Assembly: GCA_951406725.2 (NCBI GenBank)
Contig: OX597819.1
Coordinates: 25,254,001 to 25,316,000 of the forward strand
Origin: Octopus vulgaris
Lineage: Eukaryota
Direction: 5' to 3'
Length of the DNA: 62,000 nucleotides
Part shown: positions 36,401 through 48,500 of the stretch, in pieces
Layout: every line of letters begins with the position of its first letter
Position numbering within the stretch: position 1 is the stretch's first letter
Program-made: the position numbers and the translations under genes
Notes under the pieces: model-generated
Databases searched by the model: none
Told to the model about the DNA's origin: nothing
The model's input: the letters and a program-made list of their open reading frames with translations, nothing else

Positions 36401-37419
36401 GGAAGTACGGCAACTATTGCTGCAAAGAAGGTGAAAATGATGGCAATGAAAAAAGCGCACGAGCAATTGGCTGATAGGTGGGAGGAGAAACCTCTGCACG
36501 GCAAATATGTGACCCGCAGCAAACAAGCTGATGTTGACCAGAAGCAAACCCATCAGTGGCTGCGGAGCTCAGGGCTAAAAGCAGAGAGCGAAGGTTTCAT
36601 CCTGGCTGCTCAAGACCAAAGCCTATCAACCCGGAACTACCAGGCCAATGTGATGAAAAATGGAGCAGACCCAAAATGCCGATTCTGCAACGACATGATT
36701 GAAACAGTGGACCACCTTATCTCTGGATGTAAAGTCTTAGCACCAGTGGAGTATAAATTAAGACATGACAGAGTTGGCCAATATCTCCACTGGCTAATAA
36801 GTCGGCATTACAATATCAAAACTGCCGACAAGTGGTATAATCACCACCCTGAGGCTGTAACTGAAGGAGAAAATGTAACCATTCTGTGGGACTTTCCAGT
36901 ACATACAGACCGAACCATCAAGGCCAATAAACGAGATATTGTTGTGAAAGACCAAAACAATAAAGTTTGCTTATTGATCGACATGAGCATCCCCTGTGAT
37001 CATAATATCTCAGGGAAAGAGTTTGACAAGCTCAGAAAATATAAAGACCTACTCATTGAAATTGAGAAAATGTGGCATCTCAAGGCGGTTACAATACCAG
37101 TGATCGTAGGAGCACTAGGAATGATCAAGAATGGAACCGAAAATTATATGAGAATGATCCCTGGCTTACCATCCCTGCAAGAAGTGCAAAAGATTGTCTT
37201 AACTGGTACATCACACGTATTGAGAAGAGCGTTGTCGATGTGAGAACTGTTGCTGCTCATGCATTTTAATTTAACTTAAAAAAAAAATAAAAAAAAATGA
37301 ACGAACTACTGAGTTTGGTTTAATGGCCTACCAATATACACTATGAGTTTCTTTGCCCCAGGAGTCGGGAAGACACTCGGCAAGAAATGGAAGAAAATTT
37401 GAAAGAAGAAAAAAAAAAG
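33446..37419 (+). mobile_element. R4/Dong-like non-LTR retrotransposon (RLE class), near full length, flanked by (TAA)n
   Basis: One long ORF with RT, CCHC and restriction-like endonuclease; (AAT)n arrays at 33191-33445 and 37420-37445. Confidence 0.92.
33555..37243 (+). pseudogene. RT/RLE polyprotein (~1230 aa if repaired): stop at 34920-34922, 1-bp frameshift at ~34995
   Basis: RT motifs QKGCRRGSYGCKDQL, IDYKKAFDS, GIFQGDSISP, HLFYMDDLKLY, FGLEKCA, YKYLGI; CRFC..ETVDHLISGC; WDFPVHTD..NKRDIVV..LIDMSIP. The ORFs at 33555 and 34985 join through QQAWEDITIADLRKALTKAHNWKS(P)GKD. Confidence 0.92.
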
Positions 37420-37445
37420 TAATAATAATAATAATAATAATAATA

Positions 37446-37732
37446 GAGGTAACTAGAATGTGGAATCTGAAAACAGAAACAATTCCTATCATAGTAGGTG
37501 CATTAGGCATGATAAAAAATATTCAGACAAATACATAACAAAAACACCAGGACTTACAAACACATATAACATACAGAAAATTGCACTACTAGGCACTGCA
37601 CACATCCTACGCAGAACACTTTCCATACAATAACCATCAGAGCATCACAACAAATCACAGCACATACCCAAGGCACACAGAGCTGTGCTCGGTAGTGAAG
37701 TGAAAGCACGCTATAAAAATAAAACTACTGAG
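37446..37732 (+). mobile_element. Second R4/Dong-like subfamily, 5'-truncated 3' end
   Basis: EVTRMWNLKTETIPIIVGALGMIK..QKIALLGTAHILRRTLSIQ* with a different 3' UTR; (AAT)n on both sides. Confidence 0.85.
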
Positions 37733-37757
37733 TAATAATAATAATAATAATAACAAT

Positions 37758-38215
37758 GATACCAGACTAGCTCACATGGCTGCTGATCTTAACTGATTGG
37801 AAATGTTATCATGTACATTGTTTTGTTTTGGTATAAAAGAGGGCCTACAGCAAATATTCCGCTCAATACCTCAGGTTTGCATGTCAGTTGTTTGACCGTA
37901 ACCAGTTGAGCATGTCCCTTAGTGGCTGACGATATGTGCATCTCTGATCACGAGCAGAAGTAGTGGGGGAGCATCATAGCTGTGTGTTGAAAGGAATTCT
38001 TAGAGGTTTGGATAATTCACCTTTGTAAACATGGGTGGTTCGTTCAACATCCTTGAACAATCCTTATCTTGATATGAGATCACCATATCGCGCACATATG
38101 GTTGTGATGCATGTGCCTAGAGTACCCTTATCAGACGGGTAGTTATGATGTGTATACTAGGCTTCGTATATTTTACCCCAGTGTCAATTTGATGGCATGC
38201 GCTGCTCTCTCACTC
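37758..38215. repeat. (AAT)n-flanked non-coding interspersed repeat, copy 1 (84-bp internal deletion)
   Basis: Aligns with 38331-38888. Confidence 0.9.
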
Positions 38216-38247
<32 letters not shown>

Positions 38248-38330
38248 TAATAATAATGGTAATAATAATGATAATAATAATAATAATGATAATAATAATA
38301 ATAATGATGATAATAATAATAATAATAATA

Positions 38331-38888
38331 TGCCCTGATGCAGTACCAGGCAGTGGCTCTCATGGCTTCTGATCTTAACTGATTGGAAGTGTTATCATGT
38401 ACATTGTTTTGTCTTGGTATAAAAGATTGGCTACAGCAAATATTCTGCTCAATACCACAGATTTGCTTGTCAGTTGTTTGACCTTAACCAGTTGAGCATG
38501 TCCCTTAGTGGCTGACGATATGTGCATCTCTGATCACGAGCAGAAGTAGTGGGGGAGCATCATAGCCATGTGTTGTTGAGAGGGATGCTTTGGGGTTTGA
38601 ATAGTTCACCTCTGGAAACATGGGTGGTTCTTTCAACATCCTTAAACAACCCTTATTCGGGGACCGTTTGAGCGGGATGGGCTACTCAACCTGAAGAAAA
38701 TTCAAACTGGGCCCCACCTGCAAGGTCATGTGCTGTTTATCTTGATATGAGATCACCATGTCGCGCACATATGGTTGTGATGCATGTGCCTGGTGTACCT
38801 TTATCAGACGGGTAGTCATGATGGGTATATTGGGCTTCGTATATTTTACCCCAGTGTCACTTTGATGGCATGAACTGCTCTCTCACTC
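38331..38888. repeat. (AAT)n-flanked non-coding interspersed repeat, copy 2 (~560 bp)
   Basis: TGCCCTGATGCAGTACCAGG...CTGCTCTCTCACTC; a terminal 46-bp piece also occurs at 49236-49281. Confidence 0.9.
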
Positions 38889-38958
<70 letters not shown>

Positions 38959-39005
38959 TACCAAGTTACACTTTTGAAATAGCATAAGATATTTGTGTGT
39001 CTTTG

Positions 39006-39118
<113 letters not shown>

Positions 39119-39479
39119 GCACATGGCTGAAGTGCATAAAAGAATAAAAGACACACACACACATATATATATGTTTCTTTCATTCACTGATGTAATCTTC
39201 GTAATTATTATGCATTCAATTATTAGAAATTGTTTTTGGGCTGTCATTTGGAATATCGATAAACACCAGCTGCTGCTGCTGCTGCTTCCCTCATTGCTGC
39301 TGCTAGTGCTGCGGTTGTTTCTGCAGTTGCTGCCGTTGTGTTCTACGTGACAAAAATTAAAGAAAGAACAAAAAAAAAAAACAAAAAAAAGAAAAGAAAT
39401 CCAACTCTGATGACATTTCTGTTTATTGATTTCTGGTGTATAATATCAACCAGAGCAACCTCTGAAATAGCAAAATAGG

Positions 39480-39896
39480 AATGGTTACTGGGTTACAAGG
39501 GTTATCATCATCATCCTCATCCTCCTCATCATCATCATTATAGTAGACGCAGTCGTCGTCGTCGTTGTCGTCGTTATCACCCTCTTCATCACAGTCCTTG
39601 TCATCATCGTCTCATCAATATCATTGAAATCATCATCGTCATCATCATCATTGTCGTACATTTTCTTTCTCCCACTCCCCCTCCTCCTCCTCCTCCTCAT
39701 GATCATCACCGCGACTAGCATTGTTGTCGTCGTTGTCCTAATCATCGCCATCGCCGTCGCCGCAGCCGCCACACCCACTACCACCACCACCACTACCATC
39801 ACCACCACCACTTTCTTCTTCTTCTTCTTCTTCTTCTTCTTCTTCTCCATCATCATCATCATCATCTTCATCATCACCATCACCATCATCACCACC

Positions 39897-39962
<66 letters not shown>

Positions 39963-40260
39963 GTCATCATTATCATCATCTCCTGCTGCAGCATCGGTAC
40001 TTGCAGCAAGTTCAGCAGCCCGTCGTCGTCGTCCTTGTTATAATCATCACCATTGTCTTTATAATTGTTACAAATTCCAAAGTGTGCAACTACCACCCTT
40101 ACGATGCGCCATCCCCCACCATTACCACCACCACCACCACCACCACCATCACCACCATCACCACCACCGCCGTCAAAAGCTGTAGTACTACGATGGTCCC
40201 AAACACACTAGCAACAACATCAATCCTCATTCTCATCCTCATTCATTCCAGTTTTGGTTA
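39480..40260. repeat. Compound triplet arrays (CAT/CAC/CTT/CTC)
   Basis: Direct inspection. Confidence 0.9.
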
Positions 40261-40764
40261 CTGACGTTTCGGTATCACGTTTGACATCACAGAGAAACTT
40301 GATCCCTCTCTCTTCATCCCACTTTCTCCCCCTATTCTCCCCCCTCTCTCTCTCTCACACATGCTCATACACATTATTTCATACATGCACGCAAGGAACG
40401 CACCCATTCTTCTGTCTCTTTCTCGCTCTAACATACATAAAGTTTTGTTTTGTATGTGATTGTTCCAATCATTCTTACGTACGCACACCCATCTCTCATC
40501 GATCGATTCCTCCATCCATCTACCCATCCATCCACCCATCCATCCATCCATCCATCCATCCATCCATCTACCCATCCATCCATCCATCCATCCATCCATC
40601 CATCCATACATACATACATCCATCCATCCAGTCAGCCAGCCAGTCAGCCAGTCAGCCATCAACCCATCCATCCATCCATCTACTCATCTATACATCCATC
40701 CCTCCCTTCATCCCTCCCTCCCTCCCTCTCTCCCCCATCCATCCACCCAAAGATCCATCCATTA

Positions 40765-41233
40765 CACAATGGCATACATCCGCTCCTGTTGTTCAGAGTA
40801 AAGGTTGGCATCGATGGTTCGAGCCTCCAGAATGAACTCGTAGAGAATGATACCCATCATAATGCCACAAGAGACGTAGAACATCACCTCTTGTTCGAAA
40901 CATCCACGTTTGGTGGACAGTTTCCGAAAGCTGGACATTCCTTCACCACTGTTTATTCACGTTAGGATTGTGGAAAAAAATATCTCTATCGGATTATTAC
41001 ATGTTCCGATCCATGGATCATTTCCTACGCTTGCGAGGCTTCATCAACCAAGAGGACGTGGAAGATTCAGCGAAGGAGTCCTTCACCTCGAATGACAGCA
41101 ACTGGTATCAGAATGAGATCAAAGATCTGGCAGAAAGGTAACTTCAGACGGTGCAGCATGAAGGCCTCTACTTCGAAGCTAGGCTAAAGCAAATAAGTTA
41201 CCAAAATATTACAAAACTTTTGTGTCAGCACAA
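40765..41233 (+). mobile_element. mariner relic, internally deleted
   Basis: EDVEDSAKESFTSNDSNWYQNEIKDLAER*LQTVQHEGLYFE, followed by TIR-like CAAAACTTTTGTGTCAGCACAA(TA); left boundary uncertain. Confidence 0.7.
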
Positions 41234-41669
41234 TATTAATTATTACTGCAATAAGGAACAATAATCCTTTAATGAAAGATAATAGATAGCTGAGAATATC
41301 GATACACACACATAAACATACAAACACACAGACATACACACATACGCACACACATACATTCCCCCTTCCCCTTCCCCTCCTCTTCTCCCCTCTTCTCCCC
41401 TTTCTTTCTCCCCCCTCCCCTTACCCCCCTCTTCCCTCATCTCCTCTCTCTACACTACACCATACGACTTTACACATCACATCATATATACATACACACG
41501 TCCAGACCTCTCATACGCACTAATACTCTCTCATACACACACACACACTCTTCTCATACACACACACACACACTCTTATGTTGGAGCGAGGTCATTCAAC
41601 CCTATTATCTCCCCTAATTTCACTCTTGCGTCTCATGTTTGATCTTTGACTTCTGGCCGAAATCAGATC

Positions 41670-41910
41670 GCCATGTTGATTCGCTAGCCTCTGCACGCAT
41701 ATTTTTTTCTCTCCTTCTTTCTGTGTTTTTTCTCTGTGTATCTTTCTGTTGAAGAGCGTAGGCTCGAAACGTTAAAGACTTGTTTTATTTATATTTCCTG
41801 AGCGCCATACGAATACACTTGTTTGTTTGTATTCCAACTGCCTTCGTCTTTTGTTTATTTCCGTAAACCTGCCTTCGTCTTTTGTCTATTTTCATAAAGC
41901 TTCCCACATA
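41670..41910 (+). repeat. Penelope-type terminal-repeat family with hammerhead-like motif
   Basis: Reverse complement matches 59812-60015; contains TCTTT-CTGTTGA-A-GAGC-GTAG-GCTC-GAAACGTT-AAAGA. Confidence 0.65.
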
Positions 41911-42778
41911 CATATACTTTTGTCTGACACAGGGACAAAAGTAAAGCTACTAAGGTGGCCACACTACATATAATAAAGTGGAAAATAGTCGAAAAGGCAT
42001 CCACACCATATGTTTATGGATAAAAAAAATGTAAGCTATGCATCACTGAACGAACTCAAATCCCCTAACTCTAACTCTGCTGTATTCTAGAGCCGAAATT
42101 TTCAGCGGTTGTAAGCATATGGCAAAGTTCTTGATGGTGAATTGGAAAGTACCTCCCTCTCCGGATTGACTAATAGACTCTAAGGCACTATTCTTTCAGC
42201 CTTATATTTCACGATATAAGGAGGAAATAACTCTAATTCTTCCCTTTTGATTCTTTCTTATTTGCTTTTCGTTTTCCGGTTTTTCAACCTTCCACCTTTC
42301 ATATCTACTTCTTTCACGCCTTTTCTTGCTGTTTCTCTCATCCTATTCTATTTTTAGATCGTCATACTATGTGGGCAGAGTCGGATTATTGTGTTAGGAC
42401 GCCAGCCGTGATAAAAAAAAACAATGGTATGCTCTCAAAACATGAAACTAATGGTAGCACATAAAATCATGTATTGCATTTATTTAATTATATATATATA
42501 TATATGCATACACATATATATATATATACACATACATAAATATATATATATATATACATATATACATAAATATATATATACATATATATATATACATACA
42601 TACATACATACATACATACATACATACATACATACATGCATACATACATACATACATACATATATACATAAATACATACATGCATATATATATATCTAAT
42701 GAGGATAAAATTTCTTTCGAAAAAAATTTTATCAATGGCCAGCATATCAAAAAATACCATTAAAGGTTAAATTTATAA

Positions 42779-42971
42779 ATAATTCATAAATGAGGGCAAA
42801 GGAAAAAATTTCTAATGCCAAATATGCCGAAAAATTGGACATATTGTCCATTAACCATATTGTCCATTAACCATATTGCGTTTTGTGAAAAAATTATATG
42901 GTTAATGGACAATATGTCCAATTTTTCGGCATATTTGGCATTAGAAATTTTTTCCTTTGCCCTCATTTATG

Positions 42972-42977
<6 letters not shown>
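42779..42977. repeat. Perfect foldback / MITE-like element with 82-bp arms
   Basis: 42779-42860 is the exact reverse complement of 42896-42977. Confidence 0.9.
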
Positions 42978-43030
<53 letters not shown>

Positions 43031-43293
43031 CCTAGCAGGCAATAAAGGTAAGGAATTTTCAGAGAAGCACGCAACCCAAGTGTTCTGTTCTATCAACGCT
43101 GTCGGATTCCAAACTAATACCGAAATTCTTTAGGTGTAGAAAATACTCGTTTCACAGCGGTAAAACCGTTATGTGGGTGTAATTCAAGTAACAAGACAAA
43201 GAAATACTTTAACACATCTTTAATGATCAGTAAAGATGTGTTAAAGTATTTTCCTTGTCTTATTACTGGGATTATATACATACATACATAAAT

Positions 43294-43358
<65 letters not shown>

Positions 43359-43992
43359 TGTGTGTGTATGTGTGAGTGTGTATGTATGTGTATATATTTC
43401 TGTGTACATATGTGTGTATGTCATCATACATAAACCACACCCGGTGATAGAACCATGTTATTGGAAATTTGCAAAACATTTTTCTGTTCTGCAATCACTG
43501 CTTTTCACATGTTTGTGAATTTATAGTTCTACTACTGGGCTATTCAAAACATTTCCCATAGAATATTTTATACGTATCTTTCACAGAAACACTTCTATGC
43601 AAAATGTACTTTATCGATAAAGTTTGATTCATTGAAATTTGTTTGAATTTTTTCTATCTCCCCTTCTTGTTTGGAATTGATAGCAATTGCCACAAGACAT
43701 TTGCTTATGTTTTTTTTTTCTCTCGAAAAGAAGATAATTAAAAATTTATCTTTTATGGTAGTTGATGTTTTTCATTCGTTTTATTGTTCATATCAATGCC
43801 ACAAGCCACTCTGAGTGATTACTTTTTCAGTTCAATTTGATTTAAATCAAACAAATTACCTTAGGCCATAAGTGACATATACTTTGTATATGTTTAAATA
43901 TCACATCTACAGGTTCCAAGGTACGAATGTACTAATCTCTCCAACTGAAACATAAACAGGTGTCCACGGCTACCCAATTGCTTCCAGACAGT

Positions 43993-44497
43993 CATCATCA
44001 TCATCATCATCATTGTTCCACCGTGGTCGAGACAATGGAATTTACCATGCTACGCCAGACTTCACGGTCCATCATGGCATTACGGAGGTCCTGTCGCTGG
44101 ATGCCTGTATCCCTGGAGATTACATCAGGGTAGGAGAGTGTGCGCCCTCTGGTATTGCGAGTAGATGGCTTCCAGAGGAGAAGAGTAGAAATTACTTCTT
44201 TTTCAGCTCTACAACAATGTCCAGCAAGCTGGACTCTCCTACCTTTCACAAGAGATGACACAGGTGGTAGTTTCCCATATATTTGCATTTTGGTTGGATG
44301 GCGCTTCTACGAGAGATTTTGAGCTCTCATAAAGAGGCGAGTGTAGGTTCCATCCAACCGCCTCTCAAGCTTCTTTGATAATGTCCAGGTTTCTGAGCCA
44401 TATAGTAGAATTGGTTCGACAGTGGCTTTGAAGATTTCAAGTTTGAAGTCTCTACTTAGATTTGATGACCAGATCTTATCTAAACAGTATGCCAATT
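43993..44497 (-). mobile_element. RTE-type LINE 3' fragment with (TGA)n tail
   Basis: KIWSSNLSRDFKLEIFKATVEPILLYGSETWTL..LDGTYTR; RRVQLAGHCCR..DREVWRSMV..; ends TGATGATGA. Confidence 0.85.
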
Positions 44498-45584
44498 TCG
44501 GAGAAATCGCGCCTGTTTGAGATTATCTCCCTTCTCAGCGGAAGTTACTCGTAATTTCAACAAACCGTTTATTTATTCGTGTCTCAAAAAGGAAAATACT
44601 TTTCATAAGTCAAAAATTTAACTTGCATGGTTCATTTATCCTCACTTATCACTTATTTGTTAATCCCTGATCCGGGATAACACAGTGCACTCATTGTAAT
44701 TCGCATTACGCTTATCATAAATTTATTTCTGATAACACTGGCCGCAGATCAGTCGAAGATTATTCTTGGCCAACAAAAGCCCGCTCCATCAACCATCCGC
44801 AGTGCTCATAACAACTTGGAATCTCGGAAGGAAATCCATTTTCCCATATGTTCTATCATATCATTCAGTTATCACTAATTCCTTTAATGCAGCGTATTAA
44901 TATACATGTATTTAATAGATCTTCATTCGTCTTTATTACTCGTACGTATCTGTACATAAAAAAAAGGACAAGTCAAAAGAGCCTGGAGGATTGTGTGCAT
45001 GCAGTACAGCACAGAAGGAACTGGAGTGACCAAGCAAGTCGACCAGTGGCCACATTTGGCCGAATTAAAACTAATTAGAATCAACGTAGAATCAACTAAT
45101 TAGAATCGACGCCTCACATATTCTCACTATCCTTATCTAAGTTAGTCTTCTATTTCAGTTTCAACCTTATCCTAATCACTTTATCTCCGTATGGCTTCCA
45201 GTTAAGCTGGACTAGAGTGTTTTTCTAATATACATGTATGCGTGTGTGAGTGGATATGTATGTGTGAGTACGTACATGCACACATATGTTTGTGTGTGTA
45301 TATGTGCATGTACGTATACATGGTTGTGTTTGTACGTATGTAGACGTTATGAACGCAGGAGGTTTATGTCTATATATTATGAGACTATATATAGTTGCGT
45401 GTATATATATATATGGTTGCGTGTATTCTTTATCCTTTATCTTCATTTTGTTTTTCTACCTATTAGAATAAATTCCCTTTTATTCAACGGTTTTTCATAG
45501 CGTCTATTGTCATTAATAGCCGACGAGAATGCATCGTAGCTCTTCGCTCCGACATTCGAAACTCCGAACACTACAATGACATGG

Positions 45585-46083
45585 ATGTTTCTGGGTCTTA
45601 ACCCGTCGTCAGCCCAGGATAGTGAGATCTGCTGATTGAGGCGACTGTCACGTTAAGTTGACAGTATACAACCACTCTATTGCTCCACCACCGCTCAAGT
45701 CTCTTTGAGACATTTAGAAATTCAATATTTCTAATTACGGTGACCAGTGAATAGATTTCACTGTAAATATATATGTTTGTGAAGGCTAGATAGGCGCCTC
45801 AATCAGCATATCTCACTATCCTGGGCTGATGACGGGTTATGGCCTAGAAACATGCGTGTCCTCAGGTGTGAATCTTGGCTGGTAGGGATGCTTGTCCCCC
45901 CATTCACAAATTTAAAGACACAGAAAATGTGTCAAAGCCGAAGGAAGCGTTCGATGCTTCCTAGGGATAAACAGCGGTGGTGTAATTCCCATACGGGACT
46001 GTCAAGTTAATTTGACAGTATACAATCACTCTATCACTCCACCACCGCTCATGTCTCTTTGAGACATTTAAAAATTTAATATT

Positions 46084-46086
<3 letters not shown>
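45585..46086. mobile_element. Small composite element: inverted hammerhead-bearing repeats plus direct repeats (Penelope-like architecture)
   Basis: 45585-45643 is inverted relative to 45795-45853; 45644-45732 is directly repeated at 45998-46086. Confidence 0.6.
45820..45866 (+). ncRNA. Type I hammerhead ribozyme candidate
   Basis: Helix I CCTGGG/CTCAGG; CTGATGA 45826-32; C-GGGT-TATG-GCCT-A; GAAA; helix III ACA-TGCG-TGT; GTC cleavage triplet at 45858-60. Confidence 0.65.
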
Positions 46087-46130
<44 letters not shown>

Positions 46131-46149
46131 CATATATCTTTATGTGCGC

Positions 46150-46393
46150 GCGTGTGTGTATGTGTATGTGTGTGTCTCTGTTCTGTGTTTATCTCCCACC
46201 ATCGCTTTGATAACTAGTGTTGGTGTGCTTACGTCACTGTAGCATAGCAGTTCGGCCAAAGAGCCCGATAAAATAATTATCAGGCTTAAAAAAAATAACT
46301 ACTGGGGTCGATTTATTCGACTAAAAAATTCCCCAAGGTGGTGCCCCAGCATGACCGCAGTCTAATGACAGAAAAGTGAAACATAAAAAGATA
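46150..46393 (+). mobile_element. SINE family A, 3' half
   Basis: CCATCGCTTTGATAACTAGTGTTGGTGTG..GGGGTCGATTTATTCGAC..CCAGCATGACCGCAGTC. Confidence 0.8.
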
Positions 46394-46509
46394 GGGCTAC
46401 ATAGACATTCGTTTCTTTGAAACAGTTATAGTTGTTACATTTGGAAAAAGGAACGGCTACGTAAGGCTCCCACGTTGTCTTAGTTATGCTATAGAGTTGT
46501 TGAGAGTGG

Positions 46510-48500
46510 CAGTAGTGTGTTGTGATGAAGGTATCAGTGGGAGTGTGTGTTGTGATGAGGGTAGCAGTGGGAGTATATATTGTGATAAAGGTAGCAGTGG
46601 GAGTGTGTGTTGGGATGACGGTATCAGTGGGAGTGTGTGTTGTGATGAGGGTATCAGTGGGAGTGTGTATTGGGATGAGGGTAGCAGTGGGAGTGTGTGT
46701 TGTGATGAGGGTAGCAGTGGGAGTGTTTGTTGTGATGAGGGTATCAGTGGGAGTATATATTGTGATAAAGGTAGCAGTGGGCGTGTGTGTTGTGATGAGG
46801 GTAACAGTGGGAGTGTGTATTGTGATGAGGGTAGCAGTGGGAGTATTTGTTGTGATGAGGGTATCAGTGGGAGTATATATTGTGATAAAGGTAGCAGTGG
46901 GAGTGTGTGTTGGGATGACGGTATCAGTGGGAGTGTGTGTTGTGATGAGGGTATCAGTGGGAGTGTGTATTGTGATGAGGGTAGCAGTGGGAGTGTGTAT
47001 TGTGATGAGGGTAGCAGTGGGAGTGTTTGTTGTGATGAGGGTATCAGTGGGAGTATATATTGTGATAAAGGTAGCAGTGGGCGTGTGTGTTGTGATGAGG
47101 GTAACAGTGGGAGTGTGTATTGTGATGAGGGTAGCAGTGGGAGTATTTGTTGTGATGAGGGTATCAGTGGGAGTATATATTGTGATAAAGGTAGCAGTGG
47201 GCGTATGTGTTGTGATGAGGGTAACAGTGGGAGTGTGTATTGTGATGAGGGTAGCAGTGGGAGTGTTTGTTGTGATGAGGGTATCAGTGGGAGTATATAT
47301 TGTGATAAAGGTAGCAGTAGGAGTGTGTGTTGTGATGACGGTATCAGTGGGAGTGTGTGTTGGGATGAGGGTAGCAGTGGGAGTGTTTGTTGTGATGAAG
47401 GTATCAGTGGAAGTGTGTGTTGTGTTGAGGGTAGTAGTGGAAGTATGTGTTGTGAAGAAGGTAGCAGTGAGCAGTAGGAGTGTGTGTTGTGATAAAGGTA
47501 TCAGTGGGAGTGTGTGTTGTGATGACGGTATCAGTGGGAGTGTGTGTTGTGATGACGGTACCAGTGGGAGTGTGTATTGTGATGACGGTATCAGTGGGAG
47601 TGTGTGTTGTGATGACGGTACCAGTGGGAGTGTGCATTGTGATGAGGGTAGCAGTGGGAGTGTTTGTTGTGAGGAAAGTATCAGTGGGAGTGTGTGTTGT
47701 GTTGTGGGTAGCAGTGGGAGTGTGTGTTGTGTTGAGGGTAGTAGTGGAAGTATGTGTTGTGAAGAAGGTAGCAGTGAGCAGTAGGAGTGTGTGTTGTGAT
47801 GAGGGTAGCAGTGGGAGTATATATTGTGATAAAGGTATCAGTGGGAGTGTGTGTTGTGATGACGGTATCAGTGGGAGTGTGTATTGTGATGAGGGTAGCA
47901 GTGGGAGTGTTTGTTGTGATAATGGTAGCAGTGGGAGTTATTGTTGTATTGAAAGTATCAGTGGGAGTGTTTGTTGTGATGAAGGTAGCAGTGGGAGTAT
48001 ATATTGTGATAAAGGTAGCAGTGGGAGTGTGTGTTGTTATGAAGGTATCAGTGGGAGTGTGTGTTGTGATGAGGGTAGCAGTGGGAGTGTTTGTTGTGAT
48101 GAGGGTAGCAGTGGGAGTGTGTGTCGTGTTGGACGTAGCAGTGGGAGTGTTTGTTGTGATGAGAGTAGTAGTGGAAGTATGTGTTGTGAAGAAGGTAGCA
48201 GTGAGCAGTAGGAGTGTGTGTTGTGATAAAGGTAGCAGTGGGAGTATATATTGTGATAAAGGTATCAGTGGGAGTGTGTGTTGTGATGAAGGTATCAGTG
48301 GGAGTGTATGCTGTGATGAGGGTAGCAGTGGGAGCGTTTGTTGTGATGAGGGTAGTAGTGGGAGTGTGTGTTGTGTTGATCGTAGCAGTGGGAGTGTTTG
48401 TTGTAATGAGGGTAGTAGTGGAAGTATGTGTTGTGAAGAAGGTAGCAGTGAGCAGTAGGAGTGTGTGTTGTGATAAAGGTAGCAGTGGGAGTGTGTGTTT
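46510..48500. repeat. 30-bp minisatellite (GGGAGTGTGTGTTGTGATGAGGGTAGCAGT), ~66 units, higher-order structure
   Basis: Direct inspection. Confidence 0.95.
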
